From assembly GCA_041697335.1 (NCBI GenBank), contig JBGUGD010000009.1:64001-128000 (forward strand): 64,000 nt of DNA, given 5' to 3'. The notes under the pieces were generated by a model that worked only from the letters and a program-made list of their open reading frames with translations, searched no databases and was not told the origin of the DNA. Numbering within the stretch: the first letter of the stretch is position 1; the number at the start of each line of letters is the position of its first letter. This document shows, in pieces, positions 30,732 to 38,033 of this stretch. The DNA comes from Vampirovibrionaceae bacterium NZW_1234 (lineage in GTDB: Bacteria; Cyanobacteriota; Vampirovibrionia; Vampirovibrionales; JAGQHJ01). The position numbers were made by a program, and so were the translations under genes.

Positions 30732-31154
30732 ATGAGCTTTGGAACCATAGCAATGATGTCATTAACAACCACATTACCTTGGAAGTTTATTCCAGAAGAT
30801 ACGCCAAAGAGAGAAAGTAATGCCAATAAAATTGAAGATACCAGTGGCAATGGAACACAGACAACAGGATCGTCTTCTGGGGGTTCTTCTAACAACTATT
30901 TTAAACCAGGTCAAGGGAGAGTAGATGATACCCGCGGAACAGAAGTCGCGAAGACAGGTACTGCTGCAAAGCAACCATCATCGGCAGTATCAACGAGCAA
31001 CAGCGAGTCTTTGTTTGCTGAAAAAGAAATTATGATTTTATGGGGAGTTAATATGAAGGTAGTTTATTTTAATGCTCCTATTAAAAGCGTTCCTTCTTCT
31101 ACGGAGCAAAACCCTGAAATTCCTAAGTATCTTCGTGACTTACATGGCCTGTAA
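30732..31154 (+). CDS. Array member 5: leader + 1 motif + unique tail
   Basis: MSFGTIAMM...DTPKR...YFKPGQGRVDDTRGTE. Confidence 0.8.
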   Translation: MSFGTIAMMSLTTTLPWKFIPEDTPKRESNANKIEDTSGNGTQTTGSSSGGSSNNYFKPGQGRVDDTRGTEVAKTGTAAKQPSSAVSTSNSESLFAEKEIMILWGVNMKVVYFNAPIKSVPSSTEQNPEIPKYLRDLHGL

Positions 31155-31260
31155 ATATTCTTTTACCCAGTAGTAAGAGTTTTCTATTCTCTATTACCGA
31201 TAACTACAATATACAAGGTATGAATATCATTATTTCGCAAAACTAAGGAGGAATTGGACA

Positions 31261-31776
31261 GTGACATTTGGAACCATTGCAATGATGACACCTTGGAGTT
31301 TCGGTCAGGATCCGGATACGCCAAAAAAAACCAGTAATGCTAAAAATGTTGATGATTCTGGTGGCCTTGGCACCTATTTTGGAGGTAATTCAACCGTTAA
31401 TCCTGGTGGAAGTAACGCAACAAGTGTATTCAAGCCCGGTAAAGTCAAGGTTGATGATGCCCGGGGTACTGAAACGAAAGGGGCAACCCCTGGAGGAGGA
31501 GGTTCTAAGTCGGTATTTAAACCTGGTCAAACAAAGGTTGATGATACTCGGGGGACTGAAGTGAAGACTCCGCCCGTGGTAGCTAAACCTGCAACTCCTT
31601 CTGAGGAAAAAAAGGAACCTTATAATCCTGGTTATCGATCCGAGTCAGAACCACCACCAGGCTACTACTGGGATTACAGTGACGTTGTTGCTGGCGGAGG
31701 GGGGCCTGATTTGAAACCTATTCCTGGGTATCGTCCTTCTGCACCTCCGCCTGAGTTTGATCCGAATGATTTTTAG
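31261..31776 (+). CDS. Array member 6: leader + 2 motifs + PP.GYYWD.SD tail
   Basis: GTG start after AAGGAGG; tail shared with member 11. Confidence 0.85.
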   Translation: MTFGTIAMMTPWSFGQDPDTPKKTSNAKNVDDSGGLGTYFGGNSTVNPGGSNATSVFKPGKVKVDDARGTETKGATPGGGGSKSVFKPGQTKVDDTRGTEVKTPPVVAKPATPSEEKKEPYNPGYRSESEPPPGYYWDYSDVVAGGGGPDLKPIPGYRPSAPPPEFDPNDF

Positions 31777-31791
31777 TCATCTTCGCTAGCC

Positions 31792-31839
31792 TTAAAAGTG
31801 ACAATGCAAGGTGTTTTGCCTTGCTTTTGTCACTTTTAA
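31792..31839 (+). terminator. Hairpin/terminator after member 6
   Basis: ttaaaagtgacaa...ttgtcacttttaa. Confidence 0.6.
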
Positions 31840-32079
31840 CTTTAATCCTGGTCTATAATAGCTATGCTTTATGCAATCTGTTTTTATAAGATGCATTGTT
31901 TTTTGCTATGAGATTGAACATATTTTGTTCTGTTCTAGAAATAGAGTGCTATAAAGTCCTTGAACTTAATGAGCATAAGTATTTACATTCTCACAACATT
32001 TCCGAATTACTTGTTTTAAAGCAAATAATAGCTCGTTTTACAGATTGAGGGTAGTATCTAATCGCCTAAGTTAGGGGTT

Positions 32080-32976
32080 ATGAGTATGATTTATTTAAAT
32101 ATAGGAACTTGGATGCCTACACTGGTGTCTGATCAAGAGAAGCAGAAACGTCATAGTTCGGCAAAAAATATTGATGACTCAAGTGGTTCTGATGCAAAGA
32201 CCAGCGATAGAGGAGCACAATCTTCAGAGAAACCAAAAACGGCTTTTGGCCCTGGTAAAGTTAAAGTGGATGATAGTTCCGGGATGCAAAAAAAACAAGA
32301 TGAAAAGAGGGCAACTGATAAGACTAAAAACTATTTTCGGCCAGGAAAAGTGAAAGTTGACGATTCTCGTGGTACAGAGAAAAGTCAGACCAGCAAGGAT
32401 GATAAGTCCAAAAGCTATTTTCGGCCAGGAAAAGTCAAAGTTGATGATTCACGTGGTACAGAAAATACAAAAAAAGCAGAGCCAAAGGTTGTTGTAAAGA
32501 CAACAGAGGTTAAGGTTACAGAGCAAAAGGTTAAGGCTGTATTTGATACTTTGGAAAAGGTCAATTTTACTAATCTTTATGGTAAGCGCAGCGATCGGTT
32601 AGACCCAACCAAGACGCCAAACCCCGATATGGTGATGGCACTGAAGGCACTAAAAGATGTTGGGTTTGATCCTGGTCTTCCCTATGATAAACAACCACCA
32701 GCTGCGCAAGAAATGATTCGACGGCTCCGCGATAAATATCGTAACCAAGAACGCTCCATTGACGATGACACAACAGATTCGGTCTATAACCGGATGTCTA
32801 GGGAACATCGTAAAAGAACGACTGATGAGGAAATTCGTCGCATGCTTTATCGAATGTATTCCAGCCATACTTTACAAAGTGAACGTCGGGAAGCCGGCTT
32901 TGATACGGATTATTGGGGTAATCATCTAGATTTTATTCCAGATAAGCAGGTTCTGGGTTACCGGAGTAAATATTAA
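32080..32976 (+). CDS. Array member 7: Lys-rich, 3 motifs + unique helical tail
   Basis: SSAKNIDDSSGS; YFRPGKVKVDDSRGTE twice plus one degenerate copy. Confidence 0.85.
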   Translation: MSMIYLNIGTWMPTLVSDQEKQKRHSSAKNIDDSSGSDAKTSDRGAQSSEKPKTAFGPGKVKVDDSSGMQKKQDEKRATDKTKNYFRPGKVKVDDSRGTEKSQTSKDDKSKSYFRPGKVKVDDSRGTENTKKAEPKVVVKTTEVKVTEQKVKAVFDTLEKVNFTNLYGKRSDRLDPTKTPNPDMVMALKALKDVGFDPGLPYDKQPPAAQEMIRRLRDKYRNQERSIDDDTTDSVYNRMSREHRKRTTDEEIRRMLYRMYSSHTLQSERREAGFDTDYWGNHLDFIPDKQVLGYRSKY

Positions 32977-33179
32977 ACTTAATCCTGATTGCCGCTTGCA
33001 ATGTACAGATTTGATTTTGCTTAATAGTATATCTTTGTATGTGCAATGTATTTACTTTGTCGCAATATATGATTACAATATGGCACGAAATGTCTTAATA
33101 AAGTTTTTATAATTATAGGTTTAATTAAGTGCCGAATTGGCAATGTGTTTAGGCAGTATAATTTTGAGGGACACTGGAC

Positions 33180-33983
33180 ATGGGATACGGAAATTTAATA
33201 TCAAAAGTAGGTGCTTATGCGATAGGGCAGAGTGAAGTAACACCTAAATTACCAAGCTCTGCAGGTAAGATCTCAGATAGCAGTGGTTCTGAAATTGGGC
33301 TTGGTGGCGGCTCATTTGAAAAGCCAAAAGTGCTGTTTAAGCCAGGGCTTGTTAAGGTAGATGATGTCCGTGGAACAGAAATTCCAACAGCTAAGGCACC
33401 TGAGCCAAAGGAGCCTGCTACTCCTCCAACACCGCCGGCGCAACCGACACGTTATTCCTCACAGGCTGAAATGCGTCGAGATTTTGACCAAGTCTTGGAT
33501 AGACTGACTGCAGGTGCAAACTTAAAGGGAAGTAATGAGTTTCAAGGGAACCGGGGTGATCGAACTCGCTTTGTTCAGGCCGCTGGGGCATTAGAAAGTT
33601 TACAGCCCGGAGGTACATTGAATGAAACAACACGTAGTAATTTGACGTATCTCGGCTTTACTAACGATGATATTGATCGGATGCAAACTGATGGCCGTTA
33701 TCGTAATCTGACGCGTAGGATTTTAACCTATATCGACCAAAACTGGGGTGATAGTGGAACTAGCGGGGTTAATTATATAACTGATGATAATGGTAATGAG
33801 GCCAATTGTGGTGGATGTATTTCAGATAATGACTTGTTAGGACTGCGTTATGGTGGTACATCTAATCCACCGTTATTCAATGATAGAGGCATATTGTTTT
33901 GGGACTCCAGCTATAACTATAACGGCAACGCTGATAGACATCATAAGGCCCTGATTGATACTCTTCATAAAAATTGCCTTTAA
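33180..33983 (+). CDS. Array member 8: leader + 1 motif + unique globular tail with CGGC
   Basis: MGYGNLIS...PSSAGKISDSSGSE; LFKPGLVKVDDVRGTE. Confidence 0.85.
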   Translation: MGYGNLISKVGAYAIGQSEVTPKLPSSAGKISDSSGSEIGLGGGSFEKPKVLFKPGLVKVDDVRGTEIPTAKAPEPKEPATPPTPPAQPTRYSSQAEMRRDFDQVLDRLTAGANLKGSNEFQGNRGDRTRFVQAAGALESLQPGGTLNETTRSNLTYLGFTNDDIDRMQTDGRYRNLTRRILTYIDQNWGDSGTSGVNYITDDNGNEANCGGCISDNDLLGLRYGGTSNPPLFNDRGILFWDSSYNYNGNADRHHKALIDTLHKNCL

Positions 33984-33992
33984 TATCGTATT

Positions 33993-34023
33993 ACTGGGTG
34001 AGCAATTCAATTGCTCACCCAGT
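33993..34023 (+). terminator. Near-perfect palindromic hairpin after member 8
   Basis: actgggtgagcaatt-c-aattgctcacccagt. Confidence 0.65.
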
Positions 34024-34159
34024 TCGTATCAGTCAAAATCAATAATAATAATAACTTGGCGGCTTTAATTCCACCAAGTCAAAACGGTGTGGCTCTGAGA
34101 CTATATGAAAAAACAGACTTTTAAGTCAGGTAAAATTGTAAAAAATTGCTTACGATTTC

Positions 34160-34193
34160 TCACAAAATTCCTTAAGAAAGTTTTTATATTAAT
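34160..34193 (+). promoter_or_regulatory. Consensus copy of the recurring bipartite promoter-like motif
   Basis: TCACAA-N14-GTTTTTATA-ttaa-T; near-identical context (ccttaagaaagtttttatatt) at 35269-35302. Confidence 0.65.
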
Positions 34194-34259
34194 AGACCCA
34201 CACGATGATGTTTATTAATTATGGCACTGTGGACAATAAGATTTTAGAGGACAAAGGAC

Positions 34260-34826
34260 ATGGGATTCGGAAATATTGCAATCATGACAGGTGCAATGGC
34301 CTTGGGCCAAAGTCCTGATACTCCGAGCCGGCCGAGTTCTGCCGGAAATATTAGTGACAGTAGCGGTTCGGAAGTCACATCTAGTGGCAGTGGCGCGAAG
34401 TCTACAGGAGCCCAATCAGGTTCTCCATTTCGGCCAGGTCAGGTAAGAGTGGATGATAGCCGTGGTACAGAAGTAACATCTACTGGTGGACCTGGAGGCA
34501 AACCTACTGCGTTTAAACCGGGCCAAGTACGGGTCGATGATACTCGTGGAACCGAGGTCAGGAATAATAATAATCCTCCACCGGCAGTATTTACACCGCC
34601 GTCACCCCCTCCAATAGTGGAGCGTCGGCTTATTTTGACTAACCAGAATTGTTGTATCGGTTGCCACCCGAGCGCACCTTCTTATCGGGGTGTTGCTAAT
34701 CCAGGGTTTGGTTCTAATAGAGATATGCCAGACTTAAGCACATTCTTTAACCAATCTCGTCGTGGTGCTAGTCCATCACGCTTAACAGATGACGAAATAA
34801 GGGCGCTCTTGGCTCCAAAGCGTTAA
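34260..34826 (+). CDS. Array member 9: leader + 2 motifs + cytochrome c-like tail (CIGCH)
   Basis: CxxCH at 34653-34667, later DMP and LTDDEIRALL. Confidence 0.85.
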   Translation: MGFGNIAIMTGAMALGQSPDTPSRPSSAGNISDSSGSEVTSSGSGAKSTGAQSGSPFRPGQVRVDDSRGTEVTSTGGPGGKPTAFKPGQVRVDDTRGTEVRNNNNPPPAVFTPPSPPPIVERRLILTNQNCCIGCHPSAPSYRGVANPGFGSNRDMPDLSTFFNQSRRGASPSRLTDDEIRALLAPKR

Positions 34827-35371
34827 TTATAGCTATTTCAGCTTTGAACGTTTGCCAAAATAACTTGTTTTTCACTCAAAATTATTAATGAAATTAGTTG
34901 AGCAAGAAGTTTTTCAATTAGATTGAAAAACTTCTTGTTAGTTCCGGCTGTATCTATAAAGTGTCCACGCATTTAACATTTCAGGTTATGAATTTTTGAG
35001 TAGTATTCAATTAAAGCTCCCCTTTAACTAATGCTTGTTCGAGTTTTCTAATTGATCCAGTTTTAAAGGGGTATTTTCTACGGGAAGAAATTCAATGTTC
35101 TATAAAAAAGTTCTCGCATTATTTCTAAAGTAAAGTGTTCTGTGCTGATGTTCGTTGCTAATTTAGCTTGCACTCAGGCCAATGTTTGCAGTTTAAGTAT
35201 TGCTTTCTAGAGAGGATAACGTAAAGAGTTGATGCAATTTATGAATGTAAAGTTTGAGTTACAGAAAAGCATAAATTACCTTAAGAAAGTTTTTATATTT
35301 ATATATACAAATATGGCATAGGTTAATAAGACTAGGTTAATGGACAATAGGACTTATGGAGGTCTGTGGAC

Positions 35372-36007
35372 ATGGGATACGGAAATATTGCAATTATGAC
35401 AAGTTCTTTGGCGATGGGGCAAAATGCTGATACTCCCCGTCGTCCGAGCTCTGCTGGAAACATTAGTGACAGTAGTGGTTCGGAAGTCACGTCTGGTGGT
35501 GGCGGTGCACAATCTGCTGGAGGCCAATCAGGTTCTCCATTTCGGCCAGGCCAAGTAAGAGTGGATGATAGCCGCGGTACAGAAGTAACATCTACCGGTG
35601 GAGCTGGAGGCCAATCAGGTTCTCCATTTCGGCCAGGTCAAGTTCGTGTAGATGATACTCGCGGTACAGAAAGAGCGAGTACTTCAGGTCGACAAGCTAC
35701 TGTACCATCATCTACTTTAACAACAACGCCTTCGTACTCTAGCTTCCCCAGTTATGGTGGCCCAGGCCCAGGTATGGTACCAGTGACTGTTGGTGGTTGG
35801 GGTCCTTATGGAGGAGGTCCTGCCGGAACACCAGGCATTGGTTCAGGCCCTCAAATTGTAGGTTATAGACCGGCCGGAGGCTACGGGGCCTATGGTGGTC
35901 CTGGTGGTGGTGGTTATACCGGCGGTGGCTACGGCTCTTATGGTGGTGGTGGCTATGGCTCCTCTGGTGGGGGGTATGGATCCTATGGCGGTGGCTTCCG
36001 TCGATAA
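35372..36007 (+). CDS. Array member 10: leader + 2 motifs + Gly/Tyr-rich low-complexity tail
   Basis: MGYGNIAIMT; GGYG repeats. Confidence 0.85.
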   Translation: MGYGNIAIMTSSLAMGQNADTPRRPSSAGNISDSSGSEVTSGGGGAQSAGGQSGSPFRPGQVRVDDSRGTEVTSTGGAGGQSGSPFRPGQVRVDDTRGTERASTSGRQATVPSSTLTTTPSYSSFPSYGGPGPGMVPVTVGGWGPYGGGPAGTPGIGSGPQIVGYRPAGGYGAYGGPGGGGYTGGGYGSYGGGGYGSSGGGYGSYGGGFRR

Positions 36008-36053
36008 ATGTTTATTGATGATTTAGGCTTATGGACAATGGAGGACAATAGAT

Positions 36054-36569
36054 ATGGGATTTGGTAATCTCGCATTAATCACAAGTGCTTATGCGATGGG
36101 GCAAAGTCCTGATACCCCACGCCGTCCTAGCTCTGCAGGAAATATTTCTGACAGTAGTGGAACAGAAATTGGTGGTGGCGGTAATGGACAGCAACCTGGG
36201 GCTGTTCCCGGGAATCCTTTCCGACCTGGGCAAGTCCGAGTTGATGATACCCGTGGAACGGAGCGGCCTGGTCAAGGCGGACCCGGCGGAGTATCTGGAG
36301 GCGCATTTAGGCCAGGTCAGGTAAGAGTTGACGATACACGCGGTACTGAAAGAAGACCGCCTGCTACTGTACCAACCACACCGACTACTACCTATTCAAG
36401 CTCAAGCTCAAGTACTAGCTCAGGAAGTGGTGAAGATTATAATAATCCACCTGCCGGATATTATTGGGATTTCAGTGACACTTGCGGTGGGCTGCCTACA
36501 TTAAGACCCATCCAAGGGTATCGTCGTACACCTCCTCCAACTTACGATGAAGATTGGTGTAACGGATAA
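36054..36569 (+). CDS. Array member 11: leader + 2 motifs + PP.GYYWD.SD tail
   Basis: MGFGNLALIT; PPAGYYWDFSDTCGGLPTLRPIQGYR. Confidence 0.85.
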   Translation: MGFGNLALITSAYAMGQSPDTPRRPSSAGNISDSSGTEIGGGGNGQQPGAVPGNPFRPGQVRVDDTRGTERPGQGGPGGVSGGAFRPGQVRVDDTRGTERRPPATVPTTPTTTYSSSSSSTSSGSGEDYNNPPAGYYWDFSDTCGGLPTLRPIQGYRRTPPPTYDEDWCNG

Positions 36570-36607
36570 AATACTCACTCACTTCATAATAATCGAATGT
36601 CATTATA

Positions 36608-36675
36608 TCTAGCCCAATGATTTTCAGCATTCAAACCATGCAACCTGGGGTGTTGTTCGTAATCATTGGGCTAGA
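36608..36675. repeat. 15-bp inverted repeat with a 38-nt spacer between members 11 and 12
   Basis: tctagcccaatgatt ... aatcattgggctaga. Confidence 0.7.
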
Positions 36676-36762
36676 CTTATTTAGAGAGCATTGCACATTT
36701 AGACTCACTATATTGGACAAAACGTACAGGGTTAATTTCTAGAAATAGAAGGAAAATTTGCT

Positions 36763-37380
36763 ATGGGTTACACGACAATAATTGATAGAGCCGTTCTTAG
36801 AGCCATTGGACAAGATGCAACCACGCCAAGACGACCAAGTGCTGCAGGAAATATTAATGATAATAGTGGTAGCGAGGTGAACTCTGGGAGTTTATTAATC
36901 CCTACAGGGGAGACTTCTCAAAATGTTTTCCGACCTGGAAAAATTGCAGTGGATGACACTCGTGGAGTGGAAGTCAATAAAAATGCAGTTTCTGGTTTAT
37001 CTAACAATTATTTCCGACCGGGGCAGGTAAAAGTAGATGATGAACGTGGAACGGAAGTCAATAAAAATGCAGTTTCTGGCTCATCTAACAATTATTTCCG
37101 ACCGGGGCAGATAAAAGTAGATGACAAGCGTGGGACAGAGGTTGTGGTTTCACCTGCTCTGCAGCCAGTGTCATCTACTGGAGTTAATCATGCTCCAAAT
37201 CTAAATGGAGTCCAATTTACAAACCATGTGCCAGGAACATTTGGGTTTGGGGGGGCTCCTCCTGGCTCCTTCGGAGGCCCTCCATTTGGACCCTTCTATC
37301 CGGGCTTTGCTGGAAATCCACATGGTTTTCACGGATCATCTTATGGTGGAAGCTTCACTGGAGGCTCGGTATATCGCTAA
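36763..37380 (+). CDS. Array member 12: leader + 3 motifs + Gly/Phe/Pro-rich tail
   Basis: GQDATTPRRPSAAGNINDNSGSE; three FRPG..VDD.RG.E copies. Confidence 0.85.
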   Translation: MGYTTIIDRAVLRAIGQDATTPRRPSAAGNINDNSGSEVNSGSLLIPTGETSQNVFRPGKIAVDDTRGVEVNKNAVSGLSNNYFRPGQVKVDDERGTEVNKNAVSGSSNNYFRPGQIKVDDKRGTEVVVSPALQPVSSTGVNHAPNLNGVQFTNHVPGTFGFGGAPPGSFGGPPFGPFYPGFAGNPHGFHGSSYGGSFTGGSVYR

Positions 37381-38033
37381 ATTATGGTTTTCAGCTGACC
37401 TGTAAATATGCTACTGAACTCAATCAGGTTAAGAGAACTAGCTACTTCTTGGTTTAAAATCCCGATAACAAAAGTTTTAGGTGGTTCTGACAGTATTGGG
37501 AGTGGATTATCATCCACTCCCTTAGCTTTTAAGACTTTTCTAAGTACTTCCTATCGATCTTTAAATAGTTATTAAAGAATGAGCTTTAAAGGAGTGTCCA
37601 GTATAAGCGTTTGCGTAGAAGCTGCATAAAATAGACTATGTATGATCAATTTTTAAAAAAACACTTTTTGAATCATTGTGTTACAAGCTATTAAAATTAA
37701 GAATTAATTAGTTTTTATATATATGGGGAAATTCTGAAAAATAACAATACAGAGTGAATGACGAGAAATATTAGAGGGAAATAGTATGTATTCAGCAGGT
37801 TTAACTTTGATCGATTTTAAAGGCGGCGTATTCTAACGCCTCCCTTTACATGGCAGCGTACTGTGCGTTTTTGCTTTGAAGTACGCTGCCCATATTTATT
37901 TTTCCAAATTGATTAAAATGCTCAGCGAGCTGCTGCACAGCACAGATAACGTGCTGGGTCTCAAGTTCGTAGGAAATCGAGATGAGCGAAACTGCGATAA
38001 AAAATTTGACACACGAGGGGGGTACTCAAACTT

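Noticed and set aside
33180..36100. MG-F/Y starts as type IV prepilin cleavage sites
   Set aside because: No Glu at +5, no basic leader, and the hydrophobic stretch is too short.
27860..37140. Resemblance of the motif to tau KPGGGQV repeats or dynein LC8 TQT sites
   Set aside because: The PGGG and the TQT anchor are absent from the consensus; the similarity is too short to support mimicry.
27699..37380. Array as graspetide/RiPP precursors with repeated cores
   Set aside because: No RiPP ATP-grasp ligase, radical SAM, YcaO or peptidase-transporter is nearby, and several members carry folded C-terminal domains. The ATP-grasp region at 57-59 kb belongs to an acyl-CoA ligase. Not excluded if enzymes act in trans.
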